A stretch of 64,000 nt of DNA from positions 759 through 64,758 of the IMG/VR virus record IMGVR_UViG_3300030708_003042. One strand, 5' to 3'. Positions 27,403 through 38,194 of the stretch are shown one piece after another. Within the stretch, counting starts at the first letter, position 1. Every line of letters starts with the position of its first letter. Under the pieces are notes generated by a model. That model was not told the origin of the DNA. It did no database searches and saw only the letters and a program-made list of their open reading frames with translations. The position numbers were made by a program, and so were the translations under genes. The stretch is from a virus (Duplodnaviria; Caudoviricetes).

Positions 27403-29618
27403 GCACAGGTATTCCTTTCTTTAGAAAAATTCAATCAGAGTTTGATCTCAATGGTCCAACTCTCAGTATGCAAAGACAACCAGTTGGCACATCATGTAGT
27501 GTTGCATCAGGAATTGCAACATTTATTGGAATTGGAACTGCAATTTATCCTCCTGGTCAAGGAGGAAGGGATACAAATACTGGATCAATTACACATCAAT
27601 GGCATAAAGTTGGTGTTGGTGCATTGACTGATGGTGCAAATGTTGCTGGGTCAGGGACAACAACTTTGACTCTTTCAGGACTTACAAGTCCATTAGATAA
27701 TGGATCTGAATATTTTTGTCAAATTGGTTACACTCCAAATGCATTATCTCCTAATGCTATCAATGAACCATTTGACTCTGCCTCTGCAGCATTGACAGTA
27801 TCTCCTACAATTTCTATTACAACTCAACCAACAGATGTTACAATTCTTGAGGGATTAGAAGCTCAATACAGTCTTGATGCATCAGTAAGTGATAATTCTA
27901 CAAACTTGTTGAGTTATCAATGGATGTTGGATGGAGTTGATTTATCTGATGGCACTACTGATAATGGAACAATCAGTGGATCAAGAACAAGTGTACTTAC
28001 AATAAGTAGAAGAATTCCTAATTTATACAGAGTTTCCTGTAAAGTTTCTCATCTTACAGCAAATCCTAGTGTTGTGACATCAAACACAGCAAAACTTGAT
28101 GTAAGCTCTGCTGCAACTAGAGCAATTATTAATTATGAAAGATATGGTGGTAGTACATTTGTAGCTGAAAGAGGATCAAGAGATATTGGAAATATGGGTG
28201 GTTTGTCTTTCAGAGCAAATGCTTCTGTAAATGCAAGAATTGTTGTTGTACATGCTCCTGAGCAAGACCTTGAGGTAAAAATTACAATGGGTGGAGCAGC
28301 AGGAGAATCCTCTGGTGGAAGATCTGGATCAGGAGGTGTCTCTGTTTTCAAAACAACACTTAAAAGAAATCATGAGTATTTGATTAAATTGGGTGTTCAC
28401 CAGGGTCAAGGTGGTGGACCAAGAGGTGGTAATAGAAATGGTGGTGGTTCAGGTGGTGGAATTGCTGCCATTTATCACAAAGCAAAATTAATTGCTGTAT
28501 GTGGTGGAGGTGGAGGAGCAGGTCAATCTGGAGGTTTATCTGATGGCGGAGCAGGTGGAGGACTACAAGTTGCTGGTGAAAATGGTCAAGGAAGGTTTGC
28601 TGGTATAGGAGGTAGAACATATTCACAAGGTTCACTGCCTATAGGTGGCATGACACAAGCTGGTAGAACAGGACCTGACGATTTTGATGGTAATTCACAT
28701 GATGGTGGTAGAATTGATGGATGTACCACAGGAAGTAGATATTGGAGAAATACTTTAGGATTTTCACCTTGCCAAGATGTTCCAGGAAGGACTCAATTCA
28801 GAAATGCTGAAGGAACTATAAACCCACAAACATACTCAATTGAAAGAGGTTATAAATCTGGACAGGGACACAGAAACAATGGTGGTGCATCTAGAGGAGC
28901 TGGTGGAGGAGCTGGTGGTGCTGGAGCTAATGGAGGGTCAGGTGGTGCAAACAGCTCTGGGGGAGGTGGAGCATCTGGATATGCAAGTGATGAAGTAGAG
29001 CTTCTTCCTAGTAGTGTTATGCCAACAGGAACAATGTTAGGTGGTAATGATGGTGTGGCATTTATCACTTTTGAGCATTTTAGGCCAAATGAAGATCATG
29101 TACCTATTATTCCACCAAGAGTCATTGATGAAGTTGCTTTCACTGTTAATAGAAATTCAAGCAGAGAAAATGGAATAACTTTTGTAAAATCTGAATCACA
29201 ATTATATCCAAATATAAACTTAATACCTGGAGTTCCAAATCATTTAGCTTTTGGAGCTGCTTCTATCACTCTTGGTCCAAATGAAGGAAGATTCGTATCA
29301 CAAATGGTGAGAGGAGATACTTACGACTTCTGGACTGCTTTAGTTGGCACAGCATATCCAAATGGATTTGAACTTAGACTTGATATGAGTGACCAATATA
29401 GAACTGGAACAAACTCAAGTAAGAGAATTATATGTGATGATAAAGTTTTTGGATTTGGTGGATTAACAAACTTAATAGGAGGAGATAATGATTTTGATGA
29501 TTTGGTAATTACAGTTGATCAGGGTCATTTTGTTCTAAACAAAACAGGCACAGTGAATTCTCTTAATTTGCAACCATCAAGCAGTGATTTACAATACATA
29601 TATGATGTAACTGTATGA
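27399..29618 (+). CDS. Fibre tip/adhesin with two Ig-like domains, a glycine-rich domain and a DNDFDD motif
   Basis: I..QP...YQW....L.DG...G..T..LTI Ig pattern twice; GGGGG runs; ATGA coupling to the upstream gene. Confidence 0.65.
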   Translation: MSTGIPFFRKIQSEFDLNGPTLSMQRQPVGTSCSVASGIATFIGIGTAIYPPGQGGRDTNTGSITHQWHKVGVGALTDGANVAGSGTTTLTLSGLTSPLDNGSEYFCQIGYTPNALSPNAINEPFDSASAALTVSPTISITTQPTDVTILEGLEAQYSLDASVSDNSTNLLSYQWMLDGVDLSDGTTDNGTISGSRTSVLTISRRIPNLYRVSCKVSHLTANPSVVTSNTAKLDVSSAATRAIINYERYGGSTFVAERGSRDIGNMGGLSFRANASVNARIVVVHAPEQDLEVKITMGGAAGESSGGRSGSGGVSVFKTTLKRNHEYLIKLGVHQGQGGGPRGGNRNGGGSGGGIAAIYHKAKLIAVCGGGGGAGQSGGLSDGGAGGGLQVAGENGQGRFAGIGGRTYSQGSLPIGGMTQAGRTGPDDFDGNSHDGGRIDGCTTGSRYWRNTLGFSPCQDVPGRTQFRNAEGTINPQTYSIERGYKSGQGHRNNGGASRGAGGGAGGAGANGGSGGANSSGGGGASGYASDEVELLPSSVMPTGTMLGGNDGVAFITFEHFRPNEDHVPIIPPRVIDEVAFTVNRNSSRENGITFVKSESQLYPNINLIPGVPNHLAFGAASITLGPNEGRFVSQMVRGDTYDFWTALVGTAYPNGFELRLDMSDQYRTGTNSSKRIICDDKVFGFGGLTNLIGGDNDFDDLVITVDQGHFVLNKTGTVNSLNLQPSSSDLQYIYDVTV

Positions 29619-29666
29619 TCCTGTATAAATAACTAAAACCTGTGGGGATAGTGAACCACCTAGCTT

Positions 29667-30497
29667 ATGGCTGTAAATAAGAATTTTGTAGTCAAAAACG
29701 GATTAGAGGTTGGTAGCAGATTAATTGTTGCTGATGCTCAGGATCTTCATGTAGGTTTGGGGACAACTGCTCCCCTTACAAGACTTGACGTCAGAGGCGA
29801 TGTAAGATTTGCTGATGATGGAGGCACTGTCAACACTGTTGATATTGCTGGTATCACTACCTTCAGGAAAGATGTTGTTATTGGTGTTGGTGCCACTGTT
29901 GCCAAGTTTGATATAGACTCTGGCAATCTTGGTATTCATTCTACTTCTCCAAGATTTGCACTTGATGTAAAAGCAGGTGCAGGTGATACCTTAGCAGCAT
30001 TATTTCATGATGACATCTATGCTCCCAATATAGTTGTATCTGGGGGTTCAATTAATTATATTGTTGCTATTGCTGCAACCATTGGCACTTTAGGTGTCAC
30101 TGGTATTGCAACAGCAAATCAATTGGCAGTTTCAGGTGTAACAACACTTGCTCAGAATGGTGGTATTACAACCACTGGTGGAGATTTGTATGTTGGTGGT
30201 GACTTATTTGTCAAAGATGATGTAGTATATGATGAAGTAACAGGTAGAAACCTCAACATCACTGGTGTTGGTACTATTGCCCAAATTCATGGTGATGGTT
30301 CTAATATTACAGGTCTTGCAACTGCACTTAATGCTGCCATTGGAATTTCCTCTGGTACATCTTTCATAGGTGCAGGTGTCACAGTTCTTGATTTTGGCAC
30401 TGCTGGTACTACTGTGTCTTCACCTAGTGCAGGTATTGCAACTGTTGTAACTCCAGTTGGAGCATCAATAGGTCTTGTTATTGCACTTGGTGGTTGA
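29667..30497 (+). CDS. Fibre stalk protein
   Basis: MAVNKNFVVKNGLEV start, G/T/V-rich repeats; TAAATAACTAAAA at 29626. Confidence 0.65.
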   Translation: MAVNKNFVVKNGLEVGSRLIVADAQDLHVGLGTTAPLTRLDVRGDVRFADDGGTVNTVDIAGITTFRKDVVIGVGATVAKFDIDSGNLGIHSTSPRFALDVKAGAGDTLAALFHDDIYAPNIVVSGGSINYIVAIAATIGTLGVTGIATANQLAVSGVTTLAQNGGITTTGGDLYVGGDLFVKDDVVYDEVTGRNLNITGVGTIAQIHGDGSNITGLATALNAAIGISSGTSFIGAGVTVLDFGTAGTTVSSPSAGIATVVTPVGASIGLVIALGG

Positions 30498-30523
30498 TAA
30501 ATATCTCTAACACGTAAAGAAAA

Positions 30524-31063
30524 ATGGCAGAATCTTTTTCAAATAAAGTTGCAAGGGCTGTGGGAATTGTTAATTCCAGCGCTGCTGGGGCAATTGGCAT
30601 CACCACTAACTTAATCACTGGTATTTCTACTAGTGGGGTGACACTTGGTGACTTGGTTGATAATCAAAACTATCTTGCAGGAACAACTGTTTCTTCAATT
30701 GGTGCTGGTCAAGTAGTTGTTGATAGAGATTCTACCAATACATCATCAACAACAAATCAAAGTGTTAAATTTTTGAAACCAACTGTTGTTTACACATCTC
30801 CTGCAAACACCAAGTCAATCCTAATTGGTGGCACCTTTGCAAATAACACAAATAATCAAGTGGAACTCACTGTGACTGTGTTAGATCAAAGTGCAGGTGT
30901 TAGTGGCGCAATTGCAAGTAAGATTCCTGTTCCTGCTGGTTCTTCCTTTGTCATCTCTGACACTGGTAAGACACTTCTGGAAGCAAATGATGCCATCAAG
31001 GTTTCATGTGACACTGCAAATGCTATTGATGTTAATCTCAGCATTCTCACAGGAGTTAACTAA
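30524..31063 (+). CDS. Small virion structural protein
   Basis: Beta-rich; K.LLEAND.IKV..D.AN..DV.LS pattern; late box at 30498. Confidence 0.6.
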   Translation: MAESFSNKVARAVGIVNSSAAGAIGITTNLITGISTSGVTLGDLVDNQNYLAGTTVSSIGAGQVVVDRDSTNTSSTTNQSVKFLKPTVVYTSPANTKSILIGGTFANNTNNQVELTVTVLDQSAGVSGAIASKIPVPAGSSFVISDTGKTLLEANDAIKVSCDTANAIDVNLSILTGVN

Positions 31064-31578
31064 TGGCAGATAGAAACGGTTATGTAGGAAGAGCCCCTGC
31101 TGATTCATCAGTAGTAGTTGCAAGACAAATTTTTACACCCACTGGTGTTCAAACTCATTTTACTTTTAGTTCTGGATACACACCTGGATACATTGACTTA
31201 TATCTTAATGGTGTAAGACTTATTGAAGGAACTGACTATGTAGCTTCTGATTCTACCACCATCAATGTTTTAAATGGTGGTGCTATTGCTAATGATGTTC
31301 TTGAGGGTGTTGCTTACAAAGCATTTAATCTTGCCAATGATAGAGTTGGCATTCAGTCTGGTGGTGTAAATATTGGAAATGCTCAGACTCTTAATTTTGT
31401 TGGCACTGGAAATACCTTTGCTGTAAATGGATCTACCATTGATGTAAGCATCTCAAGTGGTGCTGCATCAATTATGACTATTGGTGTCAGAGTAGGCACT
31501 GCTGTTACTTTTGCTATCCCTTCAACAAATGTCATAGGTGTTGTTGGAAGATCTAGCACAATCAATGTCCCTGTCTAA
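31063..31578 (+). CDS. Small fibre-associated protein
   Basis: Y.PG.ID.YLNGVRL..G.DY.A domain and GIQS.G...G.A.TLNF.GTGNTF motif shared with 37484. Confidence 0.6.
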   Translation: MADRNGYVGRAPADSSVVVARQIFTPTGVQTHFTFSSGYTPGYIDLYLNGVRLIEGTDYVASDSTTINVLNGGAIANDVLEGVAYKAFNLANDRVGIQSGGVNIGNAQTLNFVGTGNTFAVNGSTIDVSISSGAASIMTIGVRVGTAVTFAIPSTNVIGVVGRSSTINVPV

Positions 31579-31597
31579 ATAAAGGAAAACCAAGAAG

Positions 31598-32416
31598 ATG
31601 GCAAACAGATTTCCACTAGTAGTTGATAGTTCTGCCTTACAGATTAAAGAAATCCCTAATGGTGACAATCTTGATCTGACAGGTAATAGTATTGTAAATG
31701 TTGTAGATATTACTGCGAGTGGCAACCTTTCGGTTGGTGGAACTTTAACATACAGTGATGTAAAAAATGTAGACTCAGTTGGTCTTGTAACTGCTAGACA
31801 GGGTATAAGAATAGGTGGTGGATCAACTGTTGGACCTATCTCTGGTGTTGTAACCTACTTTGGTAATGCTTCTGGATTAACCAATATTCCTGCTGGCAAT
31901 TTAACTGGTGCTCTCCCTGCCATTGATGGTTCAAACCTAACAGGAGTTATTTCTGGAGTAGGTATTAGTAGTGATGGAACTGCAATTGGTTTTGGAGTAA
32001 CCTTCCTTAATTTCACTGGATCTGGAATTGGAACAATAACCACACACGCTGCAAGTGGTATTGGTACAATAGTTGTTAGTGGTGGAGGAGGAGGATCTAT
32101 CCAGTCAGTATCAGGAACTGCATCTGGTATTGTAACTACACTTAATCTTACATCTGCACAAGATCATAAAATTACTGCAACTGGCATTTGTACAGTTACA
32201 TCTACTGGTGGAGCAGAGGGAGAATCTCATACTATAAGAATTGTCAATTCTGGTATTGCAACAGTAGGTTTCAGTACACACTTCTTATTCCCATCAGGTA
32301 ATGCTCCTGTATTGCCTACTGCAGATGGTGCAATTAGTCTTATTTCATTCACAGTGCATAGAGTTGGTGGAGCAGGAACACAACTGCTTGCTGGCGCTTC
32401 ACTCAACCTTAGCTGA
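31598..32416 (+). CDS. Fibre stalk/adapter protein (partner of 32430)
   Basis: GGTLTY.DV..VDSVG..TAR motif; C-terminal F.FPSG.AP.LPT..GA.S.ISF adapter domain. Confidence 0.65.
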   Translation: MANRFPLVVDSSALQIKEIPNGDNLDLTGNSIVNVVDITASGNLSVGGTLTYSDVKNVDSVGLVTARQGIRIGGGSTVGPISGVVTYFGNASGLTNIPAGNLTGALPAIDGSNLTGVISGVGISSDGTAIGFGVTFLNFTGSGIGTITTHAASGIGTIVVSGGGGGSIQSVSGTASGIVTTLNLTSAQDHKITATGICTVTSTGGAEGESHTIRIVNSGIATVGFSTHFLFPSGNAPVLPTADGAISLISFTVHRVGGAGTQLLAGASLNLS

Positions 32417-32429
32417 GGAGGACAATTAA

Positions 32430-35400
32430 ATGGCAGGTACAGTAATTCCTCAGGTTGTTACAGAGGACAGGGCATCTGGTGCTTTTTTAGTTGATGGTAG
32501 TTTGACGTTTGATAATAGTAAGAATAATTATCTAAAGAGAACACCAAGTTCTGCTGGTAATAGAAAGACGTGGACTTGGAGTGCTTGGGTCAAAAAACAC
32601 GAGGTTATAGCATCTGGTAGGCAACGACTTTTTTCAGCGAGACAAGGTACAAGTGCCAATCAAACTTATATTCAGTTCCGCGATGACAACAAGTTGTATG
32701 TCGAAGGTCCCAACATTGATTGGCTTGTAAACACACCAGCAGTTTTTCGAGATACTGCTGTCTGGGGGAATGTAGTTGTTGCGTTTGATACTACACAAGC
32801 AACTTCTTCAAACAGGGTGCGAGTCTATTGGAACGGAGTTGAGCAAACTCTGAGTGGCTCTCAACCCGCCCAAGATTATGCAAATGGATGGATTAATAAT
32901 ACTTTTGTACACAGCATTGGTAATGAAGGTGGTGCTGTTGCAGAGTTTTTCAATGGGTCCATAACCAATACTTATTTCATAGACGGACAACAACTTGATG
33001 CATCATATTTTGGATACACTGATCCACTCACAAATACTTGGAGACCTAAAAAGTTTGATATTAGTGAAACTCCTAGTGGAAGTTGGGGAACAAATGGTTT
33101 CTATCTCCCATTGAATGGAAACACACCCATAGGTAAAGACCAATCTGGTAATGGAAATAATTGGAATACTGAAGGACTTGGTTCTAATTCCATTGATAAG
33201 GCAACAGGTGCAAGACCAATTCTTAACACTGTTAATGGTGGTAATATTGCAAGACCTGGTGTATTTGGCAGTGATGAAAATGCTACTTACAAAACAACAT
33301 CTGCATCAAATAGTGGAGGTCAATATGTATTTGAGGGATTAGGAACTAGACCAAACTTTAGTTTTGTAAGAGGTGCAACTTACACCTTTGATTGGTCTGC
33401 TTCAACCTCTCATCCACTTAGATTTGCCACTCAGGCTGATGCTGCTAACAGTTCAGAATATACTGATGGAACTAGTGTTTTGGGAAATGTTACCACAATA
33501 ACTGTACCTCATAATGCACCTGATACTCTTTTCTACTACTGTAATGTGCATAATGGTATGGGTAATAGTATCAGTGTGACTACTGATGAGACAAAGGCAG
33601 ACCCATATGCATGGAAGTGTGTTCTTGCTTTACCATTAGTTGGAGATGATGATGATGAAAGTAAAAACATCAATGTCACTCAGTCAGCAGCAAAGGCTGT
33701 TTCACCAAATGGTAATGCTCAAAAAACATTTTTAAAAAGTAACTTCTATGGAGGAAGTTTTGTCTTTGATGGAAGTGGTGATTATTTAAGTATTCCAGCA
33801 TCATCTGATTTTAGATTTGGAGGTGATGATTACACTATTGAATGGTGGATGTACTGGGAAAATAGAACTGGTTATCAATCAGTATATGATTGTGGATACA
33901 CTACTAATAGTGGTAGTACTCTTATTCAAAGCAATACATCAACTTCAAGATTTATTGTTTATGCTCAGGGTGCTAATGTAGCTGAAGAAACTACAAATGC
34001 TCCACTTGATAAATGGATACATTATGCCTTTGTGAGAAATGGTAATAATGTCACACTTTATAGAGATGGAAGTATTTCATATGCAGGCACACACTCAGGA
34101 ACCAATCATGGAAGTAGTAGTTCAGGTGTTCGTATTGGTAGTGATATTAACAATTATCACTTTGAAGGAAACATCCAAGACTTCCGTATCTATAAAGGAG
34201 TAGCAAAATACACTAGTGAGTTCATCCCAGCATCAACCAAACCAGACATTCTCCCAGACTCTCCATCAGGTGTTCCTTTTAAGACAAAACTGACTAAAAT
34301 TACTGATGGTTCTGTGAATTTTGATGGTAGTGGTGATTACTTATATGTTGCTCCAAGTAATGACTGGAACTTAGGAACAAATGCCTTTACTTTGGAGGCA
34401 TATATCAATTTAGTTGAAGCTGGACTTGATCAGGAAATTTTTAACCTAGGTTTGGATGGAACCCATTCAACTGGGTCTGATATGAATTTTAGACTTAGAA
34501 TAGCATCAAATGAAAGATTATATGCTGCTTGTCATAGTGGAAATAGTGTGATTGGTCAGTGTTATGATGCTTCTGGAAAAAAATGTAATCCAGGTAGATG
34601 GTATCATGTTGCTTATGTAAGAGATGGTAATAATTTTGCTACTTTCATTGATGGAGTAAGAATTGCCACTGCAACAAGTTCTGCATCATGTAACTGGAAT
34701 GCTGCTTGGGGAGTTAAAATTGGATATGCTCATGCTGGAGGTGCTCAAAACTTTAAGGGAAAAATTTCCAATGCAAGAATTGTAAATGGAACTGCTCTCT
34801 ATGATCCAACATTATCTAGGGTTGAGATTCCAACATCACCACTGACTAATGTAACCAACACAAAACTTCTGTGTTGTCAGTCAACTGATTCTGCTGGTCG
34901 TGCTGCTGTTTATCCTGGAACTGCTCCACAATATGCATTGCAAGTGAATGGAAGTGACTATAATGCTAATTATGATAAGTACAATATGTTTGATACCTCT
35001 ACCACTAGTTCTTATCTTGCTGGTGATTTATCAAAAGTAACTTGGACAATACCAGGTGGTTTAGCATTTTCTTCCTCACTGAGAGTTAGAGCTCAACATA
35101 CTAGTGGTGCTGGAACCATGACTTTCAACTGGTCAGGTGGTAGCTACAATCTTTCAATTCCTAATACAGGACAGGCTGACTGGTATAATGTTACATCAAA
35201 TGTAACCAGTCCAATCACCAGTGTTACATGGACAACAGGGAATGGTGCTATTGGACCATATGTAAGTGCATGGGAAGTTGATGGTACAGAGTTAGTAGAT
35301 AGAGGTCCATATCCAAATGGAAATGCGATACCAGACACCTTTAACCCATTTAATACAGATGTCAGTGCAGTTAGGGGACCACAATCTGGTTATTGTGTAT

Positions 35401-37463
35401 TTGATACTCTAAGAGAGAGAAATGCTGGATATAATCCTACATTTAAAGAGGGTAATCTTTTTATGGATGGAAGAGGAGATGGAACTGGCACACTTTCAGC
35501 ATCATCTGGAAAATATTATTTTGAAGTTTTTATTGATACTGTGACTAATTCTAGTCAAATATATGTTGGAATTCAGGACGCAGAATATTTTAGATCAGAA
35601 AGAAGTTGGTCCACTTCACAAATTGCAGCTTTGAGAGATCAGGGATCATTTTTTGGAAATTATTCTACTGGATCAGCAGTTAGTTATGGTGAAGGTGACT
35701 TATTATCAATTGCTTATGATGTTGATGATAAAAAATTGTACATAGCAAAGAATGGTGTCTATCTCAATAATGCAATTCCTTCTCAGGGAATAGGATGGTG
35801 CTTTGATACAAGAACCTTTAATGGATTTACACCACTTATTTCTGATGGATTCACAGGTCAGAAATTTAGAGCAAACTTTGGTCAAACTCCCTTTAGGTAC
35901 ACACCGCCTGATGGTTTTGAACCACTTGCACTTTCAACCATTAGAAAAAATTCTATTATTACTCGTCCTGATCAGTATGTTGGTTTAACAACTTATCGTG
36001 GCACTGGCACTTCTTCACCTACAAAGAGTCTTACTTTAGGATTCAAACCTGATCTTTTGTGGTGTAAGGTCAGAACAGCAGCATCAGACAACTTTTTAAT
36101 TGATACTGTTCGTACAAGATCTAAAGTTTTATCTGCTAATAGACAATGGCAACAATCCACTTGTGATGCAAACAGAGATGTAGTTTCATTTGATCCATTT
36201 GGATTTACAGTAGGACAAAATAATCAGACAGGTGTTAATGAGAATAATCAAGACATACTTGCTTGGGGTTGGAAAGCAGGTGGTAATAAAAACACCTTTA
36301 ACAAAGATGATGTAGGTTATGCAAGTGCTGATGGTGTATTATTGAATGCTGGTGCTCAGGATAACATTAAGTATAATATGAGTGAAGTGTGGAGTAGTCG
36401 TGTCTCTGGAAGTTCACTTAGTAGTGGTACTACTCCTGTCAATGCTTTTGATGGAGATGGCACTACCAATGCAATTCCTAATGATAACACAACACAAACG
36501 TTTACACCAGCAAATCCAATAACTGGTACTTTTACATTCAGATATGAAAGATCTGGTTCTGGAGCACTTTATATTAATGGTGTAGATCAAAATGTACCTG
36601 TTTATAGTGGTGACCCTGGAGGCACTTATACCTTCACTGGAACTCTCAATAATTTTGCTTGGAAAAGAGTTGACAGTTCTAATCAAATTCAACTTAAACA
36701 AGTTACACTTGATGGAAAGATTTTAAGAGATAGCAATTTACCTAGTGTCCCAACAGTACCTGCAACTGCCTGTTCTATTGGAACTAAACAAGGATTTAGT
36801 ATTATTCAATATACTGGAAATGGGACTGCAGGTACACAAATAGGTCACGGATTGAATCAGAAACCTGATATGATCATTGTTAAAGCCTTAGAAAGAACCT
36901 CAGATTGGTGTATTTACACCAGCATGACTGCTAAAGATCAGTATTTAAAATTGGGAACCAATGGTACTGATGAAGCTAAATCAGGATCTTTTTGGAACAA
37001 TAAAAATCCAGATGATGTAGCATTTACTTTAAATTCTTCTACTGATGTGAATGCTAATAATGAAAGTTATATAGCTTACTGCTGGCACAACGTCTCGGGA
37101 ATGCAGAAATTTGGACAATTCACAGGAAATGGTAATGCAAGTGGACCACACATTGTATTAGGTTTCCGTCCAAAAATTCTCTGGATTAAGAGAATACAGA
37201 ATGATGGTTTTAATTGGAATGGTTATGACTCTACAAGAGGTACAATAGAAGGTGTTAATCCTGCAAATGATGTTATAAGACTTAATATTAATAATGCTGA
37301 GGAAGCTAGTTATAATTCTGGCAACATAGACATTCTTTCCAATGGTTTTAAGATCAGAGGAACATGGGCAAACATTAATTCTGATGATAAGAATTATATC
37401 TACTGTGCATGGGCTGAAGCACCATTAGCAAACTTGTATGGTGCTCAGGGCAATGCTCGCTAA
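32430..37463 (+). CDS. Multi-domain adhesin (LamG/ConA x3, cupredoxin-like, discoidin-like, SPRY, C-terminal adhesin domain)
   Basis: TWTWSAWVK, W.H.A.VR.G...G.I...RI..G.A.Y LamG patterns; GKYYFEV SPRY pattern; YYC..H..M; C-terminus homologous to 44399 and 47211. Confidence 0.7.
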   Translation: MAGTVIPQVVTEDRASGAFLVDGSLTFDNSKNNYLKRTPSSAGNRKTWTWSAWVKKHEVIASGRQRLFSARQGTSANQTYIQFRDDNKLYVEGPNIDWLVNTPAVFRDTAVWGNVVVAFDTTQATSSNRVRVYWNGVEQTLSGSQPAQDYANGWINNTFVHSIGNEGGAVAEFFNGSITNTYFIDGQQLDASYFGYTDPLTNTWRPKKFDISETPSGSWGTNGFYLPLNGNTPIGKDQSGNGNNWNTEGLGSNSIDKATGARPILNTVNGGNIARPGVFGSDENATYKTTSASNSGGQYVFEGLGTRPNFSFVRGATYTFDWSASTSHPLRFATQADAANSSEYTDGTSVLGNVTTITVPHNAPDTLFYYCNVHNGMGNSISVTTDETKADPYAWKCVLALPLVGDDDDESKNINVTQSAAKAVSPNGNAQKTFLKSNFYGGSFVFDGSGDYLSIPASSDFRFGGDDYTIEWWMYWENRTGYQSVYDCGYTTNSGSTLIQSNTSTSRFIVYAQGANVAEETTNAPLDKWIHYAFVRNGNNVTLYRDGSISYAGTHSGTNHGSSSSGVRIGSDINNYHFEGNIQDFRIYKGVAKYTSEFIPASTKPDILPDSPSGVPFKTKLTKITDGSVNFDGSGDYLYVAPSNDWNLGTNAFTLEAYINLVEAGLDQEIFNLGLDGTHSTGSDMNFRLRIASNERLYAACHSGNSVIGQCYDASGKKCNPGRWYHVAYVRDGNNFATFIDGVRIATATSSASCNWNAAWGVKIGYAHAGGAQNFKGKISNARIVNGTALYDPTLSRVEIPTSPLTNVTNTKLLCCQSTDSAGRAAVYPGTAPQYALQVNGSDYNANYDKYNMFDTSTTSSYLAGDLSKVTWTIPGGLAFSSSLRVRAQHTSGAGTMTFNWSGGSYNLSIPNTGQADWYNVTSNVTSPITSVTWTTGNGAIGPYVSAWEVDGTELVDRGPYPNGNAIPDTFNPFNTDVSAVRGPQSGYCVFDTLRERNAGYNPTFKEGNLFMDGRGDGTGTLSASSGKYYFEVFIDTVTNSSQIYVGIQDAEYFRSERSWSTSQIAALRDQGSFFGNYSTGSAVSYGEGDLLSIAYDVDDKKLYIAKNGVYLNNAIPSQGIGWCFDTRTFNGFTPLISDGFTGQKFRANFGQTPFRYTPPDGFEPLALSTIRKNSIITRPDQYVGLTTYRGTGTSSPTKSLTLGFKPDLLWCKVRTAASDNFLIDTVRTRSKVLSANRQWQQSTCDANRDVVSFDPFGFTVGQNNQTGVNENNQDILAWGWKAGGNKNTFNKDDVGYASADGVLLNAGAQDNIKYNMSEVWSSRVSGSSLSSGTTPVNAFDGDGTTNAIPNDNTTQTFTPANPITGTFTFRYERSGSGALYINGVDQNVPVYSGDPGGTYTFTGTLNNFAWKRVDSSNQIQLKQVTLDGKILRDSNLPSVPTVPATACSIGTKQGFSIIQYTGNGTAGTQIGHGLNQKPDMIIVKALERTSDWCIYTSMTAKDQYLKLGTNGTDEAKSGSFWNNKNPDDVAFTLNSSTDVNANNESYIAYCWHNVSGMQKFGQFTGNGNASGPHIVLGFRPKILWIKRIQNDGFNWNGYDSTRGTIEGVNPANDVIRLNINNAEEASYNSGNIDILSNGFKIRGTWANINSDDKNYIYCAWAEAPLANLYGAQGNAR

Positions 37464-37483
37464 ATAACTAAAAACTAAATGCG

Positions 37484-38194
37484 ATGGCAATAGGAAGACC
37501 CGTATCATTAACTAGTAATGTAGCTTCTAAGTCCATCAGTGTAACAGCAACTGAGAATCAGACTCTCTTTACTGTAACTGGTGGATATAGAATTAATCAG
37601 ATTGCTGTCTTTCGTAATGGTGCCAGATTAGTTGATGGACAAGATTTCACTGCAAGAGATGGTGCAACTGTCACTCTAATTCAAGGTGCAAACCTTAATG
37701 ACACTCTTGAATTTCAAATCTTTGATGATTTTAGAGTTGCTGATGCAATTGTTTCAGCAGAAGCATCACAGACAATTCTAGGTGATTTAACAGTCACTGG
37801 CACATTAAGTGGTGCCACTGTAACTGGTGCTGCAATTGGTATTCAATCTGCTGGAACAGTAGTTGGTGCTGCTAAGACACTGAACTTCATTGGCACTGGT
37901 AATACCTTTGCAATGAATGGAGATACTGTTGATATCAGTATCTCTGGAGGTGGTGGAGGAGGAGGACTTGGCACTGCCATTAACTATAGTGATAATACTG
38001 CATCTCCATTCAGTTTCATTGATAGTGAAACTCAAGTAACTGAAGACTTACTATTAGATGCAACCAATGCTGGTAAGTCAGGTTCATATGTAGTATCTGT
38101 TATTCCAAATGTCACAGTCAATGCTGGTGTTGCAGTAACCGTTGGTGCTGGCAAGACCATGGTTATTGATGTACTTCAGATTGGTGATATTTAA
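37484..38194 (+). CDS. Fibre-associated protein
   Basis: Shares motifs with 31063; preceded by TAAATAACTAAAAA (37461). Confidence 0.6.
   Translation: MAIGRPVSLTSNVASKSISVTATENQTLFTVTGGYRINQIAVFRNGARLVDGQDFTARDGATVTLIQGANLNDTLEFQIFDDFRVADAIVSAEASQTILGDLTVTGTLSGATVTGAAIGIQSAGTVVGAAKTLNFIGTGNTFAMNGDTVDISISGGGGGGGLGTAINYSDNTASPFSFIDSETQVTEDLLLDATNAGKSGSYVVSVIPNVTVNAGVAVTVGAGKTMVIDVLQIGDI

Noticed and set aside
29640-29666. Structured leader GTGGGGATAGTGAACCAC before the 29667 gene
   Set aside because: Only a 4 bp stem; cannot be supported without comparative data
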